This document shows positions 13,464 through 27,392 of a stretch of 64,000 nt of DNA, in pieces. The notes under the pieces are model-generated. The model had not been told where the DNA came from. It did no database searches and was given only the letters and a program-made list of their open reading frames with translations. The stretch is taken from the NCBI RefSeq assembly GCF_038025025.1, contig NW_027117346.1, positions 806,001 through 870,000 on the forward strand, written 5' to 3'. The position numbers and the translations under genes are program-made. Within the stretch, counting starts at the first letter, position 1. The number at the start of each line of letters is the position of its first letter. Origin of the DNA: Phyllosticta citribraziliensis (taxonomy: Eukaryota).

Positions 13464-13582
13464 ACGTACGACCATAGCAGGTAGAAAACTCGGAACCCCG
13501 TCCGCTCTTCCATAGATAAGCTACCTTGCGGCCGATTAGTAGTTGCGTGGGTGACCAGCAGCGAATCCCGGCTGTTGTACGT
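13464..13582 (+). rRNA. 5S rRNA gene (dispersed copy, divergent isotype)
   Basis: 119 nt ACGTACGACCATAG...CCCGTCCGCTC...TTAGTAGTTGCGTGGGTGACCAGCAGCGAATCCCGGCTGTTGTACGT with paired ends. T-runs follow as a Pol III terminator, and an AT-rich TGATAAA lies about 30 nt upstream. Confidence 0.97.
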
Positions 13583-15786
13583 TTTGCATTTCTTTTTGTC
13601 GATCTAGTTTGCGAGGGAAATGATCATTGGAGGAGATGGCGTTGCTGATCTGCTTTTCAGTGGAGCTGCACCGAGGTGTGGCCGTTGGCTGGCGGTGCCA
13701 TGTGTTGAACAAGGGATTGATGGTCGGAGAGATGGGGGATGGTGTTTGAAGAACTGGCGTTGCTGTCTCTTTGGGTGAGAGTGATGAGGAGGAAGATTTG
13801 TTGGCGATAGAGGTGGTGTGGTTTCGGTTCTTGCGCGCTCTGGCGTACTCTTCGTGAGGGAGGATTCAGGAACTCCACAACCTTCAGGCCAGAAAATCAA
13901 GACTCTGCTTTTTTTGAGGGCGTCGAGGAAAGAAATTTGATCGTATTCAGGGGAACAGAATGCGGCGGCCGACTTCTAGGAACTTGTGGCCAAGACGTAC
14001 CTCGGGAGCATCGACCAAACAAGTCGTTCGAGCAGACCATGAGATTCACCCCAAAGAATTGCAGTTGTGCCGGCCTCCATCGGTGATGGTAGTGGAGGGA
14101 GAAGTGAGATCTAGGTGTACTGTCTCAGGTCACCAAACTGCGAAGGCGATGAGCAAATCATAGTAAGCCGACAGCCGTGTCCAGCTTTGCTACGCACCAT
14201 CCACTCCGCACAACGATGCCATCAACGAATCGCACAACAAAGACTCATAGATAACTCTTACCTGACCATCACGGTAGTCGTTGAGACCGAGGAATCAAAT
14301 TAAGCAGCGACAAGACAACCAGCAAGAGGAGATCAGCAGACGAGCACGCAATCACCATCAAATGAGCGTCCAACAAAAAATAATGCACTGCAGTGCCGTC
14401 GATCGCGCCATAACGAAACGCCAAAAGACGGTGCCGGTGTGGAGTTTTGCAGCGGCCGTCGTGCAATGCGCAAAGCAGGTCGGAGCGACGCGTAGGAGGG
14501 TCGTGTGCCGCACCGCCAGCCAGTCAGCCAGTCGGGCACCCCCGGGTCGGTTACCGACGACAACGACGATGGATGCTTCAACCAACGACGCAACAGCTGA
14601 GAAAGACATCAAAAAAGACGCAGATCTTTCAGCCATTGAGCACTGCCGCTTTGATCGATTGGCTTGAGTTCGGTAGGCTATTGAACGCTGGGCGTTCCCA
14701 TTGCGCACATTACATCAGGCTAATCGAATAAGACTCGGGACGCGGCAGTCGACGTCTTCGGGCAATGTTGGAGGGACGGACAACGCGGCCTCCTCGGCTC
14801 AATGTTCTGCCTAATGCCCTGATCGAGACAATTACTGCGTGGACAGCACCAGCAAAGCGGCAGGAGGAGCACGAGAAGAATTGAACCGGTTGTTGGTCGT
14901 CCGCGGGCTAGATTGACTGGTCCCGTCCGGGTCAGCAAGGAACGAAATCCGATTGTTCCCGCGCTCTGCTCGACAGCCACGACGACGACGACCCTTGTTG
15001 AGGAGCCATTCCTGGCGATATGCAAGGTGTGCGCCGGCACTGGTGTTTGGCGGTTATCGCGCCATGACTGTTGAATTTGAGGTGCATGTCAAGCCGGCTG
15101 GGATGCGGTGACCGAAAATTAAAATACAGAGCCTCTGAAATTTTCCCATCGGTCTGCGTAGAGAGGTCGTGGCAGCCCTGAGTGCGCGTACGACCTGGTG
15201 CCAGGTACATACGTGACACGGCAATTTTCCGACGAAGCGGTGGCTATGTTGCTTCCGTCCGGAGGACCACGGCCGAGGATTTGGCATGTACCCACCTGCC
15301 TGGGGTTGTGGATGAGCTGCGGGTAAGCACAAAGACTGGGGTTAGCAAAGGGACGTCTCAAGCGAGGTTTCCGGGACATGTACCCGTAAAGTACCATGCG
15401 CGTAAATGATGTATTTCTTACTGTTCGTGCTGCGACGTTTTGTGGACATAATCGACAGCATAGCGTACTGTTCGGAGCAAGGGTTTGCGGAGGATAAGAC
15501 GATGAAGCAGGACAGCAAGGGCGCCGTGTGTCTGTGTCAGCTTGTCTGCGATAATGATGGACCTGACAAAAACCCTCAAAACAACACTTTTGATAGACTG
15601 GTCGCGAATCAGACCTTTCTTAGTGTCAGCTTTGGCACGTCTCAAACCAAAAACCAGCGCTTGCCAATGCCTCCGAATTTGGACTGGGGGTATAAAACGA
15701 GAAACAATCATGCAAACAAGAAGAAAAGAGGAATTCCCGCAAGACATGCCAAAGCTTGAACCAATGCTCCAACGGACCAAGTTCCA

Positions 15787-16911
15787 TCATTCAACTTCTT
15801 CCCACTCCATGGCGTCCTCGACCGCCTCAAAAGGTGCGTCGTCCATATCCATCGCATCATCTTCAAAGTGATTTTCCTCAGTGGTTGAACAAGCAGTGAC
15901 ATCAGCGCCAGCTTCCCTTCCACCAATTTCTTTTTCTTCGCACAAGAGATACGCCTTCTCCAGCGCGCCCATGACGCAGCTCGCCATTTGCTGCAGGGAG
16001 AGCTTCATAATGTCCTCACTCCAAGCATGAGCATCGGCGTCGCCTTCAGACTCGACGTCGGCATCCTTCCAGCGGTTGCGGAACGCCTTGGCCGTCTCTA
16101 GGTGTTTGCGCACGTCGCCTGCGCCCAGAATCTCACGCAGAGGGTTGTCTCGGCGATCGAGAGCAGCAAGGACATTGGCGTGGTAGCTATGACCGTATGC
16201 GCTGAGTGCTTTGGAGCGAAACGTATCCCCGTCTTCGGCCTTAGTCTTTGGAACCGAGATGTGGAAGAAGGCGAGGAGTTGGACGAGAGTGCGCTCGAGA
16301 AGCACGTAGTATTCGAAAAAGTCGAGCTTAAACATTGTCATCGGGTTCAAATAAGACGATCGCGGTTGGGCGTCCGCTGGGAGTGAGTCGAGCGCCAAAT
16401 GCTGAGAGCTGAGAAGGAACTGCGTCTTCCAAGACACACGCGCTATGAGCTTTCTAATGCGCTCGAGGTCAAGCTCGCGTAGCGTCGAGATTTTGGGTTT
16501 GGCGTTCTTTTGCGCAGCATTGGGTTGAGTGCCAGTTTCCGAAGCATCCAGTGCCGAAACGGTAGCAGCTCCATTTACATGCAGATTTGGTGTTGTAGTG
16601 CCGCTCTTGCTTGGAGAAATCCGCGGCGATGGTGCCGGTGGTGCCCACTTTGATCTGAGTATCGTGGCTTCATCCCAATGTTCCGGTACCCATCTTTTGC
16701 CAATTATGTCTCTCTGGTCGTCTTCGATGCTGGAGGTGACGGTGTCTCGCAAAGGTACCAACTCTGGCCTTGAATTTTGACGTCTTGGAGGCAAAGGTCG
16801 TGTATGATCTTCTGCAAAGACAGGTGGGACCGATCTGGACTTTGGAACGAGATTTTGTCGCGGCCGTGTCACCCTGCTACCGATCAGGTCGTCACCATGC
16901 TCGGAGCTCAT
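15787..16911 (-). CDS. Uncharacterised 374-aa protein (single exon), helical core with acidic tail
   Basis: ATG-initiated ORF with globular-looking segments FKLDFFEYYVLLERTLVQLL, HSYHANVLAALD and KAFRNRWKDAD, and an acidic C-terminus DMDDAPFEAVEDAMEWEEVE. Confidence 0.75.
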   Translation of the reverse strand: MSSEHGDDLIGSRVTRPRQNLVPKSRSVPPVFAEDHTRPLPPRRQNSRPELVPLRDTVTSSIEDDQRDIIGKRWVPEHWDEATILRSKWAPPAPSPRISPSKSGTTTPNLHVNGAATVSALDASETGTQPNAAQKNAKPKISTLRELDLERIRKLIARVSWKTQFLLSSQHLALDSLPADAQPRSSYLNPMTMFKLDFFEYYVLLERTLVQLLAFFHISVPKTKAEDGDTFRSKALSAYGHSYHANVLAALDRRDNPLREILGAGDVRKHLETAKAFRNRWKDADVESEGDADAHAWSEDIMKLSLQQMASCVMGALEKAYLLCEEKEIGGREAGADVTACSTTEENHFEDDAMDMDDAPFEAVEDAMEWEEVE

Positions 16912-17838
16912 GTTGAGGCCGGTAATTTATGCCCTTGCGATCCAAAGAAATTGAGAGAGATGCGTGAGAGCCGTCCGTGGGCGATCAAGTTGTGTTTCTT
17001 CGGCGGTCGACGCGTTTGCCTGCGCGCAAGCGCGTAATGTCGACAAAACTACTTGGACAGCAATCCAAGATCAGGTAATAGTCGGTCGTCGTCCGCAAAT
17101 ACGCGTGTGTTGTAGTGATGTTGCCTTTGAAGTACTGCGGTGCTGATTTGGATTCGTCGCGTTAAGAAATACGCTTGAGCTTGAGACATGACCTCATGTT
17201 GCGTGTCGATAAAGCTGTCAGATCTCCGGGAAAGACCACGCAATCATCAGCATGGTGTGATGGGGATGGCGAAGGCTACCTGTAGGTCGTGCTTCGAAAA
17301 TGCAGCCGACGTTGGCATGGATCCGAAACGGCGCCGTAGGGCTGCAGACGCACGCGCAAGAGCCAGAAGCGCCCTGACTAAGCATGAACTCGGATTCGCC
17401 GAGCTCCCAGCGCAATATCAAGATGCGAAAACAGACAGACTTTGCGAGGGCTTGATTGATTGAGAACCTAGGAACGCGGCTGGACGGGCTGGTAAAAGTC
17501 TTGGCTCGAGCTATGGTGCTTATGATGTCACTCCAGCGTATCGGCATCATCGGCATAAAAATAGAGCGTTCTATTCAACCAGCGATCAAACATGGCACAC
17601 AGCTTTTGCGGACAGCCGGAAAGGCGCGAAAAGCAGTAGTTGTCCCTTCTATTTTCTGTACAGCTGCAGACAGACCCTCTTGAGTAAACTTGGCGCCGCC
17701 TTGGAGTGTGGTAAACGGGCTCTCGGCCAACGAGATACGCTTCAGATTGCGAACGCACTATTACAGAAAACAGAAGAAAGCTTGAAGAAACTCTCCCAAA
17801 ATCCCTCGATCGTCGTAGGGGGCTCAATGGCGAGCAGT

Positions 17839-18556
17839 CTAGCTGTCCTTCTTGCCAGGCTTGCTCTGGACGAGCATGCCAGGCGTGCCGGTGATAACCT
17901 CGGATCCTTGGTTCTGTGAAGCCATTAGATACTATCCTCAAATTCCAATGCCATCTTTGTATGCTTACCCTGAGGAACTCTTCGGAGGCCTCCTGGTACT
18001 CCTTGGTCATGGTCGGGGGCGCGGGGCCGGCGAAGATGCGAGCGAAGGCGAACAGCGCGAACGAGACACCACAGCCAATCATGGTGTAAAGGAAGATCTT
18101 CTTGCCTTCACCGGGCGGGGGAAGGGCGCGGGGGCCATGGGGACCGAAAGAAATCCAGTAAGCTGTGTTGTCGGATCAGCTCTGCACTTTGAATTGGTAA
18201 TAGGAGAGCGTCGGCACATCCAGCAACGGCATCTGCGTTGCCTCGTTGTGGCTATCCATCTTGCGCAACTCCAAAATTTCAACCAGCAGGCTTGGATTGA
18301 ACATACCAGCCTTCTTCTCCGCCAAAGTCATCTCCTTCCAGTCGACCTTCATGCGGTCCCTCAGAGCCATCCACAAGTCGGCCTGCTCCTGGGGAGGCAT
18401 AGTCTCCCATCGCTTCTCAATATCGGCCAAGGTCGGGTTCGAGATGGCATGGGCCTGGCGACATTGCTGGAGACCGGAGGCGACGGGCGCGCGAATGGCT
18501 TGACGGGCAACCGAGGGAGCAGAGCCGGCGGCCCTGGCGACGGTGGAGCGCAGCAT
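17839..18556 (-). CDS. COX5: Cytochrome c oxidase subunit V (COX4/COX5 family), mitochondrial precursor, 2 introns
   Basis: Presequence MLRSTVARAAG..., then ISNPTLADIEKRWETMPPQEQADLWMALRDRMKVDWKEMTLAEKKA, spliced to YWISFGPHGPR, a TM helix and PPTMTKEYQEASEEFL. Confidence 0.93.
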
Positions 18557-18923
18557 TGTGGAAGAGATTGGAGTGGAGAGTCACACGAGATCGAAAGGGA
18601 GGGTGGGTAGACGGCCGTAGGGCTCACCGCGGGGGACCAATTGATCGGGTGGTGGTTGCTTGCAGCTGTCTGAGGTATTGTGACGAGAGGGCGCGCAGAT
18701 AGTGGAGGTTTTGGAAAATAGGTCACGCCAGCGGGTCCTGCCGGCCGGCGCGAACTCTTCGCAGGATCAGAAAAGCGCCCCATCACCTTTTCTTCACAAC
18801 GGCGTATGCCAACCACTTGCTACACACGTGCTAGTCCATGGCCAAGTGCCTGCAGCCATATTGTCATCAATTTTGGGGCAGTCTGCGCGCAAATGGTGCG
18901 TCTCCATCGCTCGCCCTTGCCAG

Positions 18924-18930
18924 CCAATCA
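18924..18930 (+). promoter_or_regulatory. CCAATCA box (candidate Hap/CBC site) about 370 bp upstream of COX5
   Basis: AGCCAATCAG lies in the COX5/GAPDH divergent intergenic region, and respiratory genes are typical CCAAT-complex targets. Motif match only. Confidence 0.4.
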
Positions 18931-21063
18931 GAGCCCAACGAGAAAAGCTGGACAAACCGGGTTAGCGCCACCAGCTCTCGACGCCCGTCGTCCATCAAGC
19001 TTCGCCGCATTCTAAGCGTGCATGTTGCAAACTACCTTTCACCACAAGCTTCTTCTGCAATTATGCCACCCTGCAGTCACGGGTCAACGTTGCTTGAAAA
19101 GCGTCGTTTCTTAAGATGGATTTGAGCTATACCTATCCATCCCATCGAAGCACGTCGAAGCCGTAAATTCCAAGTATTCATCTCAACCATGGCCAGCATA
19201 CCGCCTCATATAGGTACATTTCAGTCCTCCAGCATATCGATTTATTTTTCTGCCAAACAAATCCAAGGACAATGCTCGCGGGAATCGCCTATGTGATTGC
19301 GCGTTAGAAAGTTGCCGACCTGCCGATCCGTTCACGTCAAGAGACGGTCATTTAGAAGCAGTCTTCAGCTTGGAACAGTTCAACGGTTGCTCGCTAGATG
19401 CTTCTCATGGCGGCCGTGGAAGCGAACATAAGTGTCCCCAAAAGCTGCGGACTCGAAACAGGCACCGGTCGTGAAATTTGGTGTGCCAATCGACTTTTGA
19501 TGTTCGGCTTTCGCAGAGCATTTTGATAGCGAGAATAGTAGGCGTTGGGACCGCCAAGACCTGTAAGCTAGCTCCGTTTGAAAACACCAGGGGGCAAACC
19601 TCTAGCCACTCGCAGCTAGTGGTCCTCGGAGGGTAAGGAAATGTGTCAATCTAAAGGGTCTGCTTTGCAATTGTCCAGTCTTCCGATAGGGTCCGCCGGA
19701 ATTTCAAAATAGCGCGTATAAGAAGACTTTTGGGAAGCTCATGTTGACTCGAATTTGAGAGACTAAGAAATGCGAAGGTCAAAGATGTCGAGAACAGCAA
19801 AATCCAAAACACGAAAAGGTTGGAAACGCAGTTGAGACTCGAGACAGCGCAAGGAAATTGAATCAACATACCCCTCACAGATCACAGAGCACCTTGAGGG
19901 TTTCGGAGGGATTGTTGTTGCAAACTTTCCGACTTGGCGGCTCCAATGTTACTTGTCCCTTTTGAGCTTCCGCGGGTGCCGCAGTGGATAAGTTGTGGAA
20001 CGATGCATGGCCGATACCGCGTCGACCGGATGCTGAGGTGGACGGGTTTGTTGTTGATGGAAAGATGGACGGCCAACGTATCCTTTATCATTCGGACAAG
20101 CAACCCCCAGCAACGACATGATGCCGCCCACCGCCAACGGAGTGGGACACATGAAGCCAGAGTGAAACAAAGAATCGCCCGACTTCGCCTTTTAGCAGCC
20201 GTGGTCGGCTCAGGGGCCCAGTCGTGGACAGGTGTTGACGTCGAATCTATCGTGACCTGCTCTGCAAAGCGATAGATTACCGGGCCGACGGTGGGCTCCT
20301 CGTCCTATGTCATTCGAGCAATACACGGGGGCTGAGCAGGCCATGACATTCGACGGTGGTCTGCGGTCGAAATTTGGGTGGGGACGCCCGACGCTGGAGC
20401 GGCCTGTTGAATAAGCGCCTAGCGAATCGCGCCGGTCATCGAGCGGATGCGCCGTTGGAGCCGTTTGGTTGTGCACCCCATTCCTGTCACAGGCGTATGG
20501 AAAGGCGTTACGTGAGGCGAGGTAACGGTCGTCCTGAATCCTGAGTCATCCCGACCGCGGGTGCTGGCCAGGCCGGGCGTTTTCGGGTTGGCGGCCAGCT
20601 GCTCCCCCGGGAGAGTCCCGAGGCTGCCGTTGCGGGGACCTGGGAGGACAGACGATCTGTTTGTGTTATGAGATCATATCATGATGTCTTGCCATGCGGT
20701 TTCAATGCGAATGCTGTCGAAGAGAGCGCCTTTCTTGGGCTGACCTGAGCGTTGCACAACTTATCAGCGCCCAGCCAGTAGTCACGTCACGGGCGGCGGC
20801 CACTAAATAAAATACACTCAGTACACAACAGCTGCCCCGCGGCCGAGAACGCATAAGTAAACCCCACCTCGCCGTCTTGCAAGCCTTTCTCCTCAACATA
20901 AATCCCAGAGCCCCTTCGTCGCAGACCTTTCTCCTCCATCACTTCTGCACCTCACATTTCCTCCCAAGCCAATTCTACCCTACATCACTCAAGTGAGTCT
21001 TCCATTGTACTCCCTTCTCACTGCAAGAGTCGTGGCTGACGCAACCCTTCCACAGCTGCAATC

Positions 21064-22365
<1,302 letters not shown>

Positions 22366-24271
22366 ATGCAAGGAGGGAACGAACAAAAGCGGAGACGCCT
22401 GTGATGGGCTCCTTACCGATTCAAGGACCGGTTTTTCTTTAATGGTTTCAGCATGAGAAATGACGAATGAAGGGTGCGGACATGTATAGAATGGAATAAA
22501 AGGCATCCAAAACACTCCTGAAGGATTCCGTTGCGCGTGACTAACTTGTTCTTTGACTTGTGGGTTGATTAGCTGACAGGCTACCGTGGAGTACTTTCAC
22601 AGGCAGCGTTGCTTCAAAATTCACAGTGCAATGGGTGTGGTCATGGTGGTGGTGATAGATCGGGAACGGGCTCGGGGTTCTATTGGTCCGCGGCTTCAGC
22701 CGAAGATTCCCCGGCCAGAAGGCCCCCAGCCCCCGACGGCTCCTCCGCTCCTCCGTTCCTTGTACGCTACCTCAGCAAGTAGTGTCAACACTCATGTGCT
22801 TTCGAGATTTTTGCGCACCGAGAGAAAATAATTGTTACGAGACTTGATTAATTTCTTCGTCTCACTCGTAAATACTTTTTTGGCCGCGACAAGGACACAA
22901 ATGAAACCAGTCCAAGGGATGGTTCGTCTTGTTAAAGGCTACGTGCTGGGCAAAGTTCGCCGCAAAGCAACGGAAGCCGTGACAACTTACAGTCTCACTA
23001 GAAAAATGGGTGCTTGTATGCTTCATGTTTTGAAATCTGGATGCCCTCCTATATCGCTGTCTAGTATTTTCAGTAGTGCCCATCCTTCCCCTCCTGCATG
23101 CGTTGAAAAGCGCCGTCTTCGTGTATTCACTGCTCAAGTACAGCAACCATTGGCAGCAAACTTGGGCGCTGTAACGGGGAACGTTTGGGAAATAAGCGGC
23201 TGTGATTTCTCTCGCAAACTTGACCATTGAATGCTCGACCAACGCTCATGCTCTACCCGCAACAAGGGATGTAGACAAGATCGCCCGAAGAAGACTGCAA
23301 GTTCACACCATACTTCCCAGAGTGAATCGTACGAGGAGCATGGGAAATTTGATTTAGCCAAGCCCTTACTAAGTCTCCAAACCCTTATTGACTGGCTGCG
23401 TGTCTTGGTTGCAGAGTCATATCTTGTCATTGAATGCTCATTGAATCGCTCAAACTCATGGCCAAACAGTTCCCTTCTTTTTTCCAAAGACTCGTGAATG
23501 GGTGTTTGACTCGCAGAAGACAAGCAAACAAGTAAGTTGGCAAGCAGAATGCTATTTTGGCCGGAAGCGGGTTAGCGTTAGGGCTCGAATCACGGGCGAC
23601 GCTATGGATTAAGCAACATGGGAAGCCGCAACACCACTCTCTCCCTCACCAACCCTACTCCAAGCACCCGATATTTGACCTTCAAGTCCAAATAAACTCG
23701 GCGTTGGAGCTGATCCTAGGTGAGAGTCTGCCCACGCCCTAGCAGCCGCGCATTCCCATTCGTTGCCGCGTCACGTCGCGCAATATCCCGTGGAGTCGCC
23801 CGTACCGTGAAGCGGAACCTCTCACCTATCCACTCCACACTCTCCAAGCCTCGCCAAACAAGTTCACAACCACCCGGGTTACTTGAAACTCACACGCCAA
23901 CGCTGATCCGCTCACCAGTACGGAACCCACCCGATCTGAAAAGTTCCGTCAACAGAGTCTGAACACCTGACGCTCCTGTCCCCTTCAGCAGCGCTCACGT
24001 CTCCTGCGTCTGCCTTTGAAGTCAAGTCAGTCGATTTCCCAGTTTCAGCCCATGCATTCGGTTGCCTCTCACGGGCGCCTCGTGTCCCCATTTCACGCCA
24101 TGTCAACATTCGCTCGGACATCTCTCGGTCGGCGTCTCTTCAAGATGCCCACCTGCTCCGACTACCACGCATCTTGCTAACAGCATGCCAGTCTCGTCAA
24201 CATTCAACTATGCATCAATGACCGACACGCTTGCCACGTGACTTTCGGTTGGCCTATGAGTCCAGTTTACC

Positions 24272-27200
24272 ATGATGCCAGACGCGGACATGTATGTCGA
24301 CAATGACAGCGCTGTCATCAAGTCGACAGAGACAAACGGCGCGGCGTCTCAGACTGTGGACCCTTCCTTTCTCAGCGTCGACACCCAAAGCCTGAAAGTC
24401 GGTGGTGATTCCGAGCAGGCCTTTCCATCCGCTGCCCAAGATGAGAACTTTGACGCCTTTCCAAAGGTCCTGGATGAGGTTGTGGCGAGCGGCTCGTCGT
24501 CAGCATTATCCGTCAAAAGTGAGGAGTTTCGAGAAGAATTTCCCGCATATCGCCAGAGAGCCTTTGTCGTCATCAACAGGGCCCCGCCACCAAAGTCCAA
24601 AGCGCTGCCATACAGCTCGAGCAGGACAGGCCTCGTCTACGACGTCCGGATGAGGTTCCACACAGAACCTCTAGATGCCATGCTCAGTGAAGACGATATC
24701 CATCCGGAAGACCCAAGAAGAATCATGGAAATTTTCAACGAACTTGGGGAAGCCGGCTTGGTAGAGACATCACAGCATCACGTTTCCGACCCAGACTTTG
24801 CTCTATGGCGGATCGACGCGAGAAAAGCGACCCGGGAAGAAGTATGTCTAGTGCACACACCTGAGCACTATGAATGGGTCGCCGGTTTATCAAGTACAGA
24901 CCTCACTCAGTATTGCTCGATGGAGTGAAGCTAAACTTGCCTCTAGGTAAATCACAAGAAGATCTCAACCTGCTGGCCGGCAAGCTCGATTCCATTTATC
25001 TTCACCCCGCCACCTTTTCCTGCGCCAGCCTCTCTGCCGGTGGTGCCATTGAGGCCTGTCGCGCTGTTGTTGCCGGCCACGTAAGGAATGCAGTGGCCGT
25101 GATTCGACCTCCTGGCCATCACGCAGAACATGACCACCCAGGTGGATTTTGCTTCTTCAACAACGTTAGCATCGCCGCGCGGGTCTGCCAAGAGGACTTT
25201 GGATCTTCATGCCGGAAAATTCTTATTCTTGATTGGGATGTGCATCACGGGAACGGTGTGCAAAGAGCATTTTACGACGACCCCAACGTCCTTTACATAT
25301 CGATCCACGTCCACATGAACGGTACGTTCTACCCCATGAATAGCTACGGGGACCATACGCACTGCGGCGAAGGCAAGGGAGAAGGTCTGAATGTCAACAT
25401 CCCTTGGAGCCAACAAGGCATGGGCGACGGTGACTACCTATATGCTTTCCAGCAGATCGTCATGCCCATCGCGCAGGAATTCAATCCCGACCTAGTCATT
25501 GTTGCCGCTGGCTTTGATGCTGCAAAGGGAGACAGACTGGGCATGTGTGAAGTAACGCCACCATGTTACGCCCACATGACGCACATGCTCATGTCCCTGG
25601 CCAATGGAAAGATTGTCGTCTGCTTAGAAGGCGGCTACAACCTGCAGTCCATTGCAAAATCGACAGTGGCCGTAACTCGGACACTGATGGGAGAGCCTCC
25701 AGACAGGTTAGATGATGATGTGGAGCCGAGACCGCTAGGACAAAGCACAGTTGAATTGGTCAAAAGATGGCAATCAAAATACTGGAAATGCATGCACCCA
25801 AAGCAAAACGACAATCAGGTTGCAACCAATGCACACGCTAGAAGAGTGCATGACATAGTACGTCAGGCAGACAGCGCGGAATTCTGGGAATCGTTTAGGA
25901 TGACGGAGCTCTTCATTCTGCGAGATCGCATCTCCAAAAGTTTCGAGAAGCAAGTGCTGGCAACGTGAGTGAAGAGAGTTGCTCATACGACCACGACCAA
26001 ATTGACAAGACTTGCAGACACAACTTTGCGGAGCCGAGACCTCTGCTCATTATTTTCCACGAGCCGCCAGAGACTACGGCGATGACAGACCCGCAGAGCG
26101 CCAAGCTCAGCCTGCACAACATCCTTGTGGTCAGTAAGCTCAAACATCTTCTGCCGTCAAGAAACTAACCTGATGGAGACGGATGTTACCAAGACCTACA
26201 TCGACTGGGCTGTTAAGAACGGATTCGGCGTGATTGACGTCAACATTCCGGAACATATCACGGATCCAGATGTAAGCGTACTCTGCTTGCTGTCAAGCGT
26301 GTGTGCTGATAATCTATCAGATTCCGCCCGAGTTTGTCGAACCAGCTTCGTCCGACGAGCGGGCTGCCCTGACTAGGGAACTGGCGACGTATTTGTGGGA
26401 CAATTACATATCGTAGGTGCCATACTGGGTGTACAGGTCAACTGGCTTTTGACTGACGCATTTCGACAGGCTAGGAGACACAACCCACAAGTTTTTCATG
26501 GGTGTGGGGGCCCCGTATGCTGGTATTCTTGATCTCTTGGGCGAAAAAGGTGAAGCCGCTTCGAAAAGTCTTCTTGTAGATACTAACTCTCTGCAGAGGA
26601 ATGCCAGGAAGAGACGGACCACTTTTTTGCCTTTGTCGGCAATCAGACGTTGACAGGCATTAAAAGGCCGACAGACGACTATATTTCCAATTGGTACCAT
26701 TCGGTAAGCATGCTCTCAACTCAAGTCACGAGGCCTCTCTAACCACGCATACCCTACTCCAGCATTCGTCCGTCTTCGTCGTGGACGACCACCCAGCGTT
26801 CGACCCGTCTCGACAGCGGCGGCTGCGGAAGCGCTTTGGCAATGTAACGCACTCCCAACAGACAACGATACCAAACATGCTCGAAGCGCACCGAGACGAA
26901 GTCATAGAGCAGATGCGCGAGCTTACCGAGGACTGGCGCCTCGAGCAAGAGGAACACAAGGCCAAGCGGCAGCGCGCAGCCGAGACGTCTTCTTCATCCG
27001 CCGATGACACGAAGCTTAAGAACCTCGCAGCCGTCGCGTCGAATGCTTCGCGCGCCACGTCCGAGGCCAGCGGCCGCAACACCAACCACGCCGGCAGCGG
27101 CCGCAACACGCCAGCCAACTCGACGCACCATCGGCACCGTTCGTCGTACGGTGGGAGCAACGGCGGCGCGGCGGCGCTGCAAATCGACCCGTCTGCCGGC

Positions 27201-27392
27201 CGCGACCACTCGGCCACCCCGCGCAGTACGCCGGCCGCGCTGCGTAGTCCGCACCGGCCGCCGCCCATGGGCACGTTTACGATAACACCGAACCGTGGTG
27301 GCTCTGTGCGTGCGGCCAGCGCCGGGGTGGGTGGCCACAACGGCGGGGCCAGTGGGAGCGCCAGCCCAGCTAAGAGGATGAGGGGCGAGTGA
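24272..27392 (+). CDS. HDA1: Class II histone deacetylase Hda1/Clr3 with C-terminal Arb2-like region (7 introns)
   Basis: Motifs HPEDPRRI, RPPGHHAE, GFCFFNNV, DWDVHHGNG, AGFDAA and LEGGYNL. Downstream exons give YIDWAVKNGFGVIDVNIP, YLWDNYI and FFMGVG, typical of the Arb2 region. Confidence 0.95.

Noticed and set aside
22830..23520. Decayed ankyrin/TPR gene (TALFNACRRG, LEKRRELFGHE on the minus strand)
   Set aside because: These are single short resemblances in different frames with no supporting repeats, consistent with chance without a translated search.
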